This document shows positions 9,721 to 18,878 of a stretch of DNA of 58,296 nucleotides, in pieces. Each line of letters opens with the position of its first letter. Within the stretch, counting starts at the first letter, position 1. A program made the translations under genes and the position numbers. Source of the DNA: a virus; IMG/VR virus record IMGVR_UViG_3300029240_000011, one strand, 5' to 3'. The notes beneath the pieces were generated by a model. That model was given only the letters and a program-made list of their open reading frames with translations, did no database searches and had not been told where the DNA came from.

Positions 9721-9861
9721 GTGGTTACCTCCTAATAAGTCAATCTTCATCACATGCTTGACCTTAAACTGAGGGTGCTCCGATGTCGCCAAACATCTTT
9801 GTGGAGCACCTCTCTTTTTAATCGTCAGCTGCAGAATTGCGCAGCGAAATGATTTCTTCCC

Positions 9862-10002
9862 TTAATCTTCGCTGCCCTCCTTCACCGTGATAACCACTTG
9901 ATCCGGCCTCACACCCAAATAGGCGGCGGCAATGCGCTTGACCCAATGTTCGCTGTTCGCCAACTGATTGAGCAATTCTTGAATACTGTTTCTTTCGTTC
10001 AT
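9862..10002 (-). CDS. small hypothetical protein (46 aa; not in the ORF track)
   Basis: Own translation: MNERNSIQELLNQLANSEHWVKRIAAAYLGVRPDQVVITVKEGSED. AGGAGG SD. Confidence 0.5.
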   Translation of the reverse strand: MNERNSIQELLNQLANSEHWVKRIAAAYLGVRPDQVVITVKEGSED

Positions 10003-10114
10003 GGGAAACCTCCTATTGATTAAAGGTTCCCGCTGTGATAGAATAGATTTATCCAGTGGGAGACCTCTGGTGCATAAGACAATCGGGGTTACTTGTCACG
10101 GTTTCCCGGTTGTC

Positions 10115-10291
10115 TTATTTTTCTGCCTCGGCTTTAACCTTTTGAATTCCAATGCGAATAATATCACTTTTGGTCTTGTTCAGTTTTTCACAGCAGAAAT
10201 TTAAATCAGCAACGGTTTCTTTGTCTGCCAAAAACTTCACTTGAATATTCTTCGGGTTTTCCGCCTTGGGTCTGCCTGTACGGGGCGACAT
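10115..10291 (-). CDS. ribbon-helix-helix (CopG/Arc-like) regulator, 58 aa (not in the ORF track)
   Basis: Own translation: MSPRTGRPKAENPKNIQVKFLADKETVADLNFCCEKLNKTKSDIIRIGIQKVKAEAEK. This shows the typical RHH beta-alpha-alpha pattern. Confidence 0.6.
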   Translation of the reverse strand: MSPRTGRPKAENPKNIQVKFLADKETVADLNFCCEKLNKTKSDIIRIGIQKVKAEAEK

Positions 10292-10309
10292 TTCATCACC
10301 TACTTTCTA

Positions 10310-10349
10310 TGTACATGGTTATTGTATTATTATGTACACAAAAAGTCAA
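10310..10349 (-). promoter_or_regulatory. sigma-70-type promoter (TTGACT-17-TACAAT) bracketed by inverted repeat TGTACAT-n15-ATGTACA (putative operator)
   Basis: Read directly on the minus strand upstream of the RHH gene. Confidence 0.6.
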
Positions 10350-10358
10350 GAGGTTTTC

Positions 10359-10395
10359 CAAAAAAATACCCTCCGTTCCAAAAGGAGCGGAGGGC
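10359..10395 (-). terminator. rho-independent terminator after the 10401..11270 gene
   Basis: CCCTCCG...CGGAGGG stem followed by TATTTTTTT on the minus strand. Confidence 0.7.
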
Positions 10396-10400
10396 TTTGT

Positions 10401-11270
10401 TTAAGGGCATCTCTCTATACTAATAGAAACTTTGCTTGGTTCTTCATAGATATCTTTCCAAAAATTTATTTCAACAACTTTACAACCCGACTTATCAAGG
10501 CGATCTGGCCATGTATTTTGGACTGCAAAAATACGGTCTTTACTATCATATAGTGAAACAACAATTCTTCGATTTGTTATACCTTTTACCGATGCGTCAT
10601 AGTGGACTTCACAACGAATATCGACTTCATATCGTACGTCATTATAATCTGTTTGCTTATAAATACACGACTGATGTCTTACCTCCAAAGAATACTCATT
10701 TGGCAAAACATCAAATGGAATTTCCAACACTTTTGGAGGATCGAGTTTAATTCTATCAGAAATAACAGTGGGCTCTATTTCCGCCATGTTTTGTTCCTCT
10801 TTCACAGGTTGTATAACTACTTCATCATTCTTCTTGTGCGCTACCCTACTTTCTTTCATATTTTGTTGTCTCATATATGACATCAATTTGAAATATTGCG
10901 TTGTACCTTCCTTAACCGATATATTTTGGGGTTCCTTATCTGAATATGTTACGTAAAATGTAGCCTGTATACCTTGCAGCCTCTTTCTCTTCCCGAAATA
11001 AGCGCGTCCGTGCCCGCTCGTCCCTATTGAAAATCCTGTATGCTCAAAGCCTTCTTTGTAAATCTTAGTTCTTTCAATAAATTCTACATGAATTATATTT
11101 TCAAGTTGCTTTTCTTGACTCTTTGAATCCATTCGCGCCGTCATTAATGCTATAACCAATATTATAATACCAATAATCAATATCGGAGTCATAAAGTTAA
11201 TAAGAAAATATAGTGGGATCCCAACGATAATACATATAAATAGTATATTACTACATTCTTTCCTGCTCAT
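10401..11270 (-). CDS. membrane protein (two N-terminal TM helices), unknown function
   Basis: 289 aa. Visibly AT-rich. AAGGAG SD. Own TGnTAAAAT-type -10 box and own terminator. Confidence 0.6.
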   Translation of the reverse strand: MSRKECSNILFICIIVGIPLYFLINFMTPILIIGIIILVIALMTARMDSKSQEKQLENIIHVEFIERTKIYKEGFEHTGFSIGTSGHGRAYFGKRKRLQGIQATFYVTYSDKEPQNISVKEGTTQYFKLMSYMRQQNMKESRVAHKKNDEVVIQPVKEEQNMAEIEPTVISDRIKLDPPKVLEIPFDVLPNEYSLEVRHQSCIYKQTDYNDVRYEVDIRCEVHYDASVKGITNRRIVVSLYDSKDRIFAVQNTWPDRLDKSGCKVVEINFWKDIYEEPSKVSISIERCP

Positions 11271-11328
11271 CACTTTCCACTCCTTTTCTTCTAAATTTTA
11301 CCACATTTAACAATAAGAAGACAAGTGC

Positions 11329-11370
11329 GGAAAAGTATACCCTCCGCGCAGGAATTGGCGGAGGGTATTT
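11329..11370 (-). terminator. rho-independent terminator after the lipoprotein gene
   Basis: TACCCTCCG...CGGAGGGTA stem followed by a T-run on the minus strand. Confidence 0.65.
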
Positions 11371-11372
11371 CA

Positions 11373-12182
11373 TTAAGACACAGATATATTATAGGTAAAG
11401 GATTCGAAATCTTCTGACCAATTGTCAGAACTTCCTTCCAAAATAATTTGGAAGTCTGCATTCTCAATCGCCGGGAAAGTAAATATTCCTTCTGTGGAAA
11501 CTCCAACAGACAAATCGGTTTGGACATCAGGGTAATCCGCTTCATAGTTCGTTTCTTCTTCATATTGCTTGCCATTTTGAATAATTAGCGAATTAAATGA
11601 ATACAGATTAAACTTTCCTGCTCCGTTATTTTCAACTTTAATATACACACGCGTTTCTTGTTCTGCTAATTCAACTTTTTCCACCGTCACAGAATATCCA
11701 TTTTGTGTCAATGTAGATTCATTCGGAATATATGTATATAATGTAGGAGCAACAGCATCTTGGTACGTTAAAACTTCAGCAGAATCAGCTGTAATAACTG
11801 GCGCCGTAATTTTTGCTCCAAGCATATTTTCCCCTTCAAATTCTCCGCTGACCTTGCCAATTACTTTAACATAATCGCCATCACTCAATTCTGCATCAGG
11901 ATTCCCATATGCAACAACCGTATTCATCTCATAATTAGCCGGATCTGCATACATCTGAAAATATACTCCATCAGAATCATAATCTATAGAACCAAATATT
12001 TTCCCCGTAAGTTCAATAGTTCGTCCTTTGAACTCATTCACATCTGCATACATCTGTTTGATTTCATCGTTGCTCATTGGAATTTGCTCTTCACTGGAAC
12101 CTTGCCCAGACGAATTGTTCCCACATGCAACCAGAGAAATAACCATCGCCACAGCAGCTAAAATAGATAAGACTTTCTTCAT
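11373..12182 (-). CDS. secreted lipoprotein (DUF4352-like C-terminal beta domain)
   Basis: MKKVLSILAAVAMVISLVAC lipobox. The track ORF starts upstream; ATG 12182 has a GAGGAAGAG SD. Confidence 0.7.
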   Translation of the reverse strand: MKKVLSILAAVAMVISLVACGNNSSGQGSSEEQIPMSNDEIKQMYADVNEFKGRTIELTGKIFGSIDYDSDGVYFQMYADPANYEMNTVVAYGNPDAELSDGDYVKVIGKVSGEFEGENMLGAKITAPVITADSAEVLTYQDAVAPTLYTYIPNESTLTQNGYSVTVEKVELAEQETRVYIKVENNGAGKFNLYSFNSLIIQNGKQYEEETNYEADYPDVQTDLSVGVSTEGIFTFPAIENADFQIILEGSSDNWSEDFESFTYNISVS

Positions 12183-12266
12183 AACGTTCTCTTCCTCTCT
12201 TTCCAATTTAGGGAAAATCCCTGAATCGACTATAGCACAAGAGGAATACAGAATCAATCAAAACAT

Positions 12267-12905
12267 TTATAGTTCCATCAGCGGATAAACCTTCTCCCAA
12301 ACGTTCATGTGGTAAACGTTAATGGTCCCATAGTTAGCGTCGAAAATCTTTTTTACCCCATAGCCCTGGCGTTGGCTTTCAATCTTGAGCTTCCTCCAAT
12401 CGAATGCCTTGTGAGATACGCCGTTCATATGTGCTACTCGTTTGATGGAATACCATTCTTTGCTGCGATCCAACTCGGCTTCCAAAGACTTCCGTTTGTC
12501 CTGCTCGTCTTTTAGTGCAGTAAGCAGCTTGATGCCAAACTCCGGAGAATTTATCATTTTGTCGATAGTGTCTGAGGTCATGTAAGTTCCGTGTTTACGG
12601 ATAGATGGTAATACCTCGCTTGTTACCCATCGGCGGAACTTCTTCGCTCCGGGGAGTTTGCTGGACAATACCAGAGAATAGAGACCGGATTCGTTGATAA
12701 TGGTCATTTCCTGCTCGCCGCCAGGGGTGTAACATTTCGTTACCCCCTTGTCCTCATCGTCCACGTGGTCAGCCAGGGCTTTGCGTGGGTTGGTGTGCCC
12801 CAATGCTTGAGCCACGTCCTTACCAACCAGCCACGGCTCCCCGCCTACTTCCACGGTTCTAATCTGCCCAAACTCGGGATTGTTGAAAATCATTATATCG
12901 TTCAT
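12267..12905 (-). CDS. Bro-N / KilA-C-type antirepressor-like protein
   Basis: N-terminus FNNPEFGQIRTVEVGGEPWLVGKDVAQALGHTNPRKALADHVDDEDKG matches the Bro-N domain pattern. Confidence 0.7.
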   Translation of the reverse strand: MNDIMIFNNPEFGQIRTVEVGGEPWLVGKDVAQALGHTNPRKALADHVDDEDKGVTKCYTPGGEQEMTIINESGLYSLVLSSKLPGAKKFRRWVTSEVLPSIRKHGTYMTSDTIDKMINSPEFGIKLLTALKDEQDKRKSLEAELDRSKEWYSIKRVAHMNGVSHKAFDWRKLKIESQRQGYGVKKIFDANYGTINVYHMNVWEKVYPLMEL

Positions 12906-13131
12906 GTATATACCGCCTTTCTAAAATGTTATTTTCACCTTATATGTTGACCCAGGGCAGGGGAGTAAGGTGGCACCTCCCTTTTCGGCCCGTCGGCCTA
13001 TCCCTGGCGTTCAACCAATGTTGTGAGAGACAGCGATATCCGTTTGCCTCTCAAATGGTAGATTCTAAATCAAAATCTCCGCTATCCATATATTCGGTTG
13101 TCAAGGTACAATTTATTGGAATGGATGGAAA

Positions 13132-13527
13132 TTATCCGATCTTCCGGTTTGCTCTGGCCCAGTTCTCAAAGAAAAGGCTCGCCTTCAAGCGCTCATTTTC
13201 AATCTGCGTCTCGTCCGGCTCTTTTCCTTTTCGGAACGAATAAGGCTTATCGCTGTATGGATTCGGCTTCGTCCCTTTTTTGGCAAATGCATGAAGCACC
13301 GGCGCTGCATCCAGAACCGCTTCATAAATGTACATGCCCTGCAGCCATGCATCCTGATTGATACGTTCCTGCCTTATGCGTTCCGCCGCAAGGTATTGTT
13401 CAATGATCCAGACATCGCCGTTCCAGTATTGATCCCAAGTCATTCCAATGGAAAGATAATAGGGACATTCCCGTTCAAACAGTTCCGACAGCGAAATTAC
13501 ATTTCCACTGTCACATTGGAGTTTTTT
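13132..13527 (-). CDS. -1 frame extension of the tail assembly chaperone (gpT-like part of the GT fusion)
   Basis: The frame is open from the slippery site to 13132 with no start of its own near its 5' end. Track ORF 13132..13443 lies in this frame. Confidence 0.7.
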   Translation of the reverse strand, partial: KKLQCDSGNVISLSELFERECPYYLSIGMTWDQYWNGDVWIIEQYLAAERIRQERINQDAWLQGMYIYEAVLDAAPVLHAFAKKGTKPNPYSDKPYSFRKGKEPDETQIENERLKASLFFENWARANRKIG

Positions 13528-13853
13528 GCCAATTCCTCGTCTGTGATAACGCGATGGGCATATGCAGTCTGGTTATAGAGCTGCATCAGGCGTTCCATCA
13601 TGGCAACAGTCATGCCGCCGATGGACTCCAGAAGCTTGTCGCTTTGTGTCCGGGCAATGAATTTGTGATTCTTGCGCAGCGCATAGAAAAACAGCTCCGG
13701 AACTTTTGTGTTCGGGAATGCGATTACATCTTCCGCCTTAAAGCCGCGCTGCTCTGCAAAGGCAACACTTTCCCTGGAAAAGTCCAGCTCATAAACAGTC
13801 CCGTCCACGGTGATCCGGATCGGGTTTACGCGTTCTTCATTCATTTTGCTCAT
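13497..13853 (-). CDS. tail assembly chaperone (gpG-like)
   Basis: 118 aa located between the major tail gene and the frameshifted extension. Confidence 0.75.
   Translation of the reverse strand: MSKMNEERVNPIRITVDGTVYELDFSRESVAFAEQRGFKAEDVIAFPNTKVPELFFYALRKNHKFIARTQSDKLLESIGGMTVAMMERLMQLYNQTAYAHRVITDEELAKNSNVTVEM
13521..13527 (-). promoter_or_regulatory. A_AAA_AAC -1 programmed ribosomal frameshift heptamer (G/GT chaperone)
   Basis: Minus-strand GCA AAA AAC lies 8 codons before the G stop. The -1 frame continues for 130 codons. Confidence 0.75.
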
Positions 13854-13879
13854 GGCTCAAAACTCCTTTTCACGATGTA

Positions 13880-14350
13880 TTAGACCTCTGAAAGCTTTGC
13901 GTCCCAAACAGGGGCATTGGTCGGCGTAATATAGGCCGTCGCTTCCAGCACATTGTTGACCTCCATACCGGGAAGTCCAAGCGGCGTAGGCTGGCCTGTA
14001 AAGAACAGATCCTTCGCAAGACCGGGCACATCAATACAGAACCACATTGCCTTCCCCTCTCCGGCCGCTTCGTCATACGCCTCAACCATAGTGCTCCATG
14101 CGGCCAGACTGTCTTTTGTCAAGTTGATTGTGAAGCCCAGCGCGCCGCCAAGATCTTTTAGGCCAGCAATGTAGGTTTTGTATTCCGTTTCTTTCAGGTT
14201 GGTTGTTTCCAGCGTATCCGGTTCAGGGTTCATTTCTGGGATTGCTTTCAGTTCCGGGACCTCAGTATAGCCTGTCGTAGGACGGGTGCCAGAGGTCGCT
14301 TCCACGGCGTACTTCATAGTTACGCCGGCAGTGCTCAGTTGAATGCTCAT
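13880..14350 (-). CDS. major tail protein (siphovirus type)
   Basis: MSIQLSTAGVTMKYAVEATSGTRPTTGYTEVPELKAIP... AAAGGAGG SD before ATG 14350. Position fits. Confidence 0.75.
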   Translation of the reverse strand: MSIQLSTAGVTMKYAVEATSGTRPTTGYTEVPELKAIPEMNPEPDTLETTNLKETEYKTYIAGLKDLGGALGFTINLTKDSLAAWSTMVEAYDEAAGEGKAMWFCIDVPGLAKDLFFTGQPTPLGLPGMEVNNVLEATAYITPTNAPVWDAKLSEV

Positions 14351-14378
14351 TTTAATTTCCTCCTTTAGATGGTTGGGA

Positions 14379-14408
14379 GGCACTTGGCACTATGGCACTT
14401 GGCACTGT
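14379..14408. repeat. third copy of the tandem AGTGCCAAGTGCC pair (units 2 nt apart)
   Basis: Read directly. About 30 nt upstream of the major tail ATG. Confidence 0.85.
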
Positions 14409-14416
14409 CAGCCCAC

Positions 14417-14821
14417 TCAATTTGTATAGATTCTATACTCTTTATCGACAACGGCTTGATACCGTGCGACAATACGGTAAATGGTGGCATCATTCAAATT
14501 TGCCACCGGGTTCATCAAAATACGTGTAAAGTTCAGTTTGGAAAACTCTTCATCCACAGTTTGCAGCAGCTCTTTCGCTTCCATTTTTCCATACCCGACT
14601 TTGTTGCTGTAAATATTTACTTCATACAGAACCGTTGCTGCATTCTCGATGTTTCTGGTACGCATTTTCTGCAGCACAGTATTGGAAGCCTCTGCAATGG
14701 TCACAGATGGGAACTTCGCCGGTGAGTCCGTATACTCTCCTGTGACATACGCACCGTAGCGCTCTCGAAGGACCGTGGCGATTCTTGAAAAGATAAAGCT
14801 CTCAATATCAATCGTCGTCAA
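14417..14821 (-). CDS. tail completion / terminator-like protein
   Basis: 134 aa. Positional call. Confidence 0.5.
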   Translation of the reverse strand: MTTIDIESFIFSRIATVLRERYGAYVTGEYTDSPAKFPSVTIAEASNTVLQKMRTRNIENAATVLYEVNIYSNKVGYGKMEAKELLQTVDEEFSKLNFTRILMNPVANLNDATIYRIVARYQAVVDKEYRIYTN

Positions 14822-15296
14822 TCACCTCTTTTGCAACATACGGTATGCTCTCCCGTAGAATTTGCGCAGTGTCATACATATACGGGCGGCTTGGCATGCC
14901 CTTTGTCCAATGCCATTCTCCGTCATCCCCAAGATACCACCAACCGGATTCCCCGTGGTTGTTGACATCGTACTTCCACCCAGCAAGGCCGGGATTCGGA
15001 TGCTGGCTTCCCTTTCCCATGACTCCAGTTCCAAATTCTACGAAAGCGCTGTGCGGAGCCGTAGCGGCAATTTCGCCGGTCTTTCCAAATGTTCTCCCTA
15101 CAATCCCATTGACCAGCGCACCGGAATCATAGGCATTCATGTACATAGCAAATTCCTTCGCCTGCTCTGTACCGGATTCTGTCAGAGTTTGCACAATCGT
15201 TTCATCCGCATCGGAAACCTTTTTCCGATATCCCTCTAACCGGTCAAGAGCTTTGGACAGGGAATCCGCGCTTAGATCGATCTTGATTTGCAACAA
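14808..15296 (-). CDS. HK97 gp10-family head-tail protein
   Basis: 162 aa with ...HSAFVEFGTG... motif. TTG start. Confidence 0.6.
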   Translation of the reverse strand: MLQIKIDLSADSLSKALDRLEGYRKKVSDADETIVQTLTESGTEQAKEFAMYMNAYDSGALVNGIVGRTFGKTGEIAATAPHSAFVEFGTGVMGKGSQHPNPGLAGWKYDVNNHGESGWWYLGDDGEWHWTKGMPSRPYMYDTAQILRESIPYVAKEVIDDD

Positions 15297-15696
15297 AACT
15301 CACCGCTTTCATTGCCTGCTGCTGCTCTTTTTCATAGGTGCTGACGTCAACTTCCTGTATGGCAAATTGAAGGGAGTTTTTCCACGCAGCTCGTTTCTTG
15401 ACGCGGTAGTTATACGCACCTTCCGGATCTGCTCCGTCTATCCACAAGACCGAGTTTTCATTGATCTCGCACCCTGTGTCCGCAGTAGTCATCGTTCGGT
15501 CATAATCTGTTTGCGTGCCAAACTGGTTTACTTCGGAACTCCCTTTATTGGGAGAAACACAAAGGTAAGCTTTCTTTTGTGAAGTATAAAGCGGGACAAA
15601 ATTTCCTGTTACATTCCCGTACTGATCCTCAATCTCTACCTGCCCAATATAGTTCTTGTAATAGACAGGGCTCAAATTCGCGCGTAGATTTCTCAT
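15244..15696 (-). CDS. head-tail joining protein (hypothetical)
   Basis: 150 aa. Positional call. Confidence 0.45.
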   Translation of the reverse strand: MRNLRANLSPVYYKNYIGQVEIEDQYGNVTGNFVPLYTSQKKAYLCVSPNKGSSEVNQFGTQTDYDRTMTTADTGCEINENSVLWIDGADPEGAYNYRVKKRAAWKNSLQFAIQEVDVSTYEKEQQQAMKAVSFVANQDRSKRGFPVQSS

Positions 15697-15697
15697 A

Positions 15698-16003
15698 TCA
15701 CCGCACCATTCCTACAACAGGAGTAACCTCCTGCAGCAATTCCTCTGGTATTCCTTCCGACGCCCATCCACGGTCTACACCATTTTCTTTGTGGCTTGTC
15801 TGATAATCCGCCCCAAGCTTGTTATAGGCCGCCAGTGCAATCCGTACCTGCAGGTCGCTGTAGCGAGGCTCCAATGTTTCCGGGTATTCTCCATAAGGGA
15901 ACCGACGTGCCAAAATCGCATGTTTAGCGCTCTCCAAAAGCTCTTGAAGCAGCTCTTCATCGGATTCATTGGTGCGCAGTTTCAGCCTTTCCAGATTCTC
16001 CAT
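15698..16003 (-). CDS. gp6-like head-tail connector protein
   Basis: MENLERLKLRTNESDEELLQELLESAKHAILARR..., the typical connector N-terminus. Confidence 0.65.
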   Translation of the reverse strand: MENLERLKLRTNESDEELLQELLESAKHAILARRFPYGEYPETLEPRYSDLQVRIALAAYNKLGADYQTSHKENGVDRGWASEGIPEELLQEVTPVVGMVR

Positions 16004-16181
16004 GATTCACCTTCCTCGGTCTTCCTGCTTTTCTTGGGGCAGCAGGAGGCGGCGAAGGTTCATGGAGTACTGTCCCATGCTTTTGCATTGTATCCGCGTC
16101 TTCGTCCCTGATCTGGAACGGAAAACCAGCCTCATAAAACCGGCCGTTATAGCACACGCGGTAATTTGGAATAAACTTCAT
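15966..16181 (-). CDS. hypothetical protein (71 aa)
   Basis: Track ORF with an ATG start. Confidence 0.45.
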   Translation of the reverse strand: MKFIPNYRVCYNGRFYEAGFPFQIRDEDADTMQKHGTVLHEPSPPPAAPRKAGRPRKVNHGESGKAETAHQ

Positions 16182-16195
16182 GCCGCCTCCTGTTT

Positions 16196-16516
16196 TTACT
16201 CAAACGAAGCTCCGTCAAAACGGAAGATCACAACGCTCTTCCCATCTACCAGAACTTCAAAAGTATCCGTTTTCGTCACACGGAAAATAATGTCAGGATC
16301 AAAGGTAATGTCCTGCTTTGTAGGAGAGCCGTTCTTTTTGAATGTCATCTTGCTTCCAGTCTTTGTCAGGTGGAACGGGAAGTAATAGCCATCCTGTTCA
16401 TCCGGTTCCGAACTGAACTCTGTGTATCCTGTCACATGATGGAATGTACCAGAGACTGAACCGTCTGCCTTGACCATCAGATCATTGCCTACCAGGTCGG
16501 ACACCTGCTTCCCCAA
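16196..16516 (-). CDS. hypothetical head-region protein (start uncertain)
   Basis: Track ORF. TTG at 16516 has no SD; ATG 16477 is an alternative start. Confidence 0.45.
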   Translation of the reverse strand: MGKQVSDLVGNDLMVKADGSVSGTFHHVTGYTEFSSEPDEQDGYYFPFHLTKTGSKMTFKKNGSPTKQDITFDPDIIFRVTKTDTFEVLVDGKSVVIFRFDGASFE

Positions 16517-16518
16517 TA

Positions 16519-16558
16519 GGGTCTGACTGCCGGGGAACAGCGTCAGAATGTCAGACCC
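16519..16558 (-). promoter_or_regulatory. 9-bp perfect stem-loop (GGGTCTGAC...GTCAGACCC) immediately after the capsid gene
   Basis: Read directly. No U-tract, so it may be an attenuator or an RNA-stability hairpin. Confidence 0.5.
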
Positions 16559-16560
16559 GA

Positions 16561-17631
16561 TTATTCCCCCAGGACGTTAAGTACTGCCACTTCGTCCATG
16601 CGCTCAAAGGAAGGCAAGACAATTTCGGATGCAAAGGTATTGATGTTTACGGGGTGCTCCTGCAGAACGCGGGTAATGGCAACTCCGGTATTTACAATGG
16701 AAACCTCTGCACTGGACGCTCCGCGCAGATCCGCCTCTTCCGGCGTAGTGCCATACCATGTTCCGCCAAGCGTTCCGTCAGGGATCAGGCAGACATAGCC
16801 GTTTGGCACAAACGCATGAGCAACCTTGCTCTCGTCCCGATACTGCTTATCGTAAATTGCAATCCGCAAACCAGAAGTAGACTCCACAACCGCCTTTACT
16901 TCATTTTCAGTCAGATATCCAAGAGACATGCCGTTGGTAGTCATATAACGGTTCTTTACAGCATCCGCTTTGGACAACAGATTGAAGGTATAGGAGTTCA
17001 TGATGGCTACAGTCAGCTCAGTGCCGGTTTTTGCACGGATTGCATCCTTAACCGCTTTGAACGCCGCAAAGGGATCTGCTGTTGCCGGCTTGTCCCAAGT
17101 TGCAGTACTGGTCAGAGCAGTGTAGTTGGTTGTTTTCCAGGAACCATCCGTATCGTATTTGTAGGTGTAATCCATCCCGTTTGCCTTGATCGCAATGCCA
17201 ACATCGCCGCCCTCCGGGAAAAGCAGCTGCATAATCATCCGCTCAGGGACAACATTCGCGCCATCAATCAAATCACGAGTATCGTCAAACACACGGGCGA
17301 TCACCTCAGCAGCATACGGGTCGGTAGACTCCTGCACTCGAAGCATCTCCTGCCGATCCTTCTCTTTGATCTTGTAACCCTCGCGGAAGAAGGGCATTTC
17401 CGTCTCCAGTTTCTCAAAGCCAATCCGATCCCGGAAGGTAGCCTTAGCATCAAAAGCGGAAGGCATCAGAGACACAGGCAGGCCACGGGAACCTTTGAGC
17501 CAGGACAGATCAAGGCCAGCCTTCTTGCGGGCAGGAAACAGGGTAGCGCCCAGATAGGGAATCTGGTTGGAAGCAACCTCCGTCCAGTTCGCCGCAATCG
17601 CAGCAGGTGTAAAAACTTCTCTCAAATCCAT
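16561..17631 (-). CDS. major capsid protein (lambda gpE-like family)
   Basis: 356 aa. Preceded by a gpD-like decoration gene and a scaffold gene. N-terminal pattern ...IPYLGATLFPARKK... Confidence 0.8.
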   Translation of the reverse strand: MDLREVFTPAAIAANWTEVASNQIPYLGATLFPARKKAGLDLSWLKGSRGLPVSLMPSAFDAKATFRDRIGFEKLETEMPFFREGYKIKEKDRQEMLRVQESTDPYAAEVIARVFDDTRDLIDGANVVPERMIMQLLFPEGGDVGIAIKANGMDYTYKYDTDGSWKTTNYTALTSTATWDKPATADPFAAFKAVKDAIRAKTGTELTVAIMNSYTFNLLSKADAVKNRYMTTNGMSLGYLTENEVKAVVESTSGLRIAIYDKQYRDESKVAHAFVPNGYVCLIPDGTLGGTWYGTTPEEADLRGASSAEVSIVNTGVAITRVLQEHPVNINTFASEIVLPSFERMDEVAVLNVLGE

Positions 17632-17644
17632 TATGTTCGCCTCC

Positions 17645-17977
17645 TTACTCGTTCACGCCGATGTTGTCCCGCAGGATAATCCCGGGCACTGCAAATGTCG
17701 TATCCAATGTTACACCAGAATGCTCCTGAGCTTTTGCCTTGTCTACAACGCCCTGAACCAGCAGCGCTCCGTTCGGATTCTCTGTCGGATCTACATCGTA
17801 CAGGAGCATACCTGCAGCAGTAGCATAAGACGTGGATGCAATCTTTTTCCCAGCAGAAGTCATCGGCGTTCCAGCCTTAACAGTCGATGTTTCATCCACT
17901 TTAATAGGAATTGCCACAAAATCGTCAGCAGCCAAAATTTCTACAGTGCCGCCAACAGAAGTCTTGGAAAACTTCAT
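17645..17977 (-). CDS. head decoration protein (gpD-like)
   Basis: 110 aa lying directly upstream of the capsid gene. Confidence 0.6.
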   Translation of the reverse strand: MKFSKTSVGGTVEILAADDFVAIPIKVDETSTVKAGTPMTSAGKKIASTSYATAAGMLLYDVDPTENPNGALLVQGVVDKAKAQEHSGVTLDTTFAVPGIILRDNIGVNE

Positions 17978-17995
17978 CTGTTTCTCTCCTTTTCA

Positions 17996-18568
17996 TCAAA
18001 AATAGTGTTTCAAACCTTCGTTTGCATTTTTGAGGGCATCGGCCCGCTGCTTGCCCAGCTTCTTGGCAAACTCTACGGCCTCATTCTTGCCGACCTCTCC
18101 ACCACCAGCACCGTCAGGCTTAGGGTCCTGCTTCACCAGATCAGCCCGCAGCTTCTTCTCATATGCGGCGTTGGCCTTCTGCTGGTTGGCAAAGACCCGC
18201 TCCATATCGCCGTCAAACAACGCCTCTGCTGTCTCGCGGGCCAGCTTCTCGTCATAGCCCGGCATGGCGATATAGCGGGCGGTGTGCTCGGCAATGGTGG
18301 ACTTCCGCAGCAGTTCGGTGTACTTGCCCTCCAGCTCCTTGCGGTCTGCATCGGCTTGGGCCTTTGCGGCCTCGTCATCGGTCATTTTGGATTTGAGCTG
18401 CTTTTTCAGTTCAGCGGCCTCTGTCGCATATTTGTCCGCAGTATCTTTCGACACATACAAAGACAAATCCACCTTCTCAGGAATTTCAGCTTTCAGAAGT
18501 GCATCTACCTTCTGTTCAGCAGTCATCCCATCAAAGCCCTCAATCGTGCTGATATCAATGGTGGCCAT
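17996..18568 (-). CDS. capsid scaffolding protein
   Basis: 190 aa, coiled-coil, A/E/K-rich. Position fits. Confidence 0.7.
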   Translation of the reverse strand: MATIDISTIEGFDGMTAEQKVDALLKAEIPEKVDLSLYVSKDTADKYATEAAELKKQLKSKMTDDEAAKAQADADRKELEGKYTELLRKSTIAEHTARYIAMPGYDEKLARETAEALFDGDMERVFANQQKANAAYEKKLRADLVKQDPKPDGAGGGEVGKNEAVEFAKKLGKQRADALKNANEGLKHYF

Positions 18569-18689
18569 AAAAACTCTCCTTTGCGCTTATAGTCATCTCC
18601 GACTTATTCTTGCGTTTGATTACCCTCACTTCTCTGTGAGCCTGCGATACTTATACCGCCCCTTCTCTGGGGCCATATTCAAACGGAGT

Positions 18690-18878
18690 TTATTCCTTCA
18701 CGATTTCAAAATCAGATGGAAGAACACCGCGAATTTCAATAATTTCTCCTGTCTCCTGCACAAATTTTAGGTCATAGGAAGAAACTGCCGTCCGCGGTTC
18801 TTGACAAAGGTAGTATTCTTCTATGTTCGCCGCCAACAAAAGGATTTCCCCTTCAAAGTTTCTGCACTTAATTTTCAC
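18690..18878 (-). CDS. hypothetical protein (62 aa)
   Basis: Track ORF. GTG start with an AGGAGGAAG SD. Confidence 0.5.
   Translation of the reverse strand: MKIKCRNFEGEILLLAANIEEYYLCQEPRTAVSSYDLKFVQETGEIIEIRGVLPSDFEIVKE

Noticed and set aside
16598-18770. Long plus-strand ORFs (16654..17679 and 17567..18592, 341 aa each) opposite the capsid, decoration and scaffold genes.
   Set aside because: They are antisense shadows of highly expressed structural genes. They are R/C/H-rich with no ribosome-binding sites.
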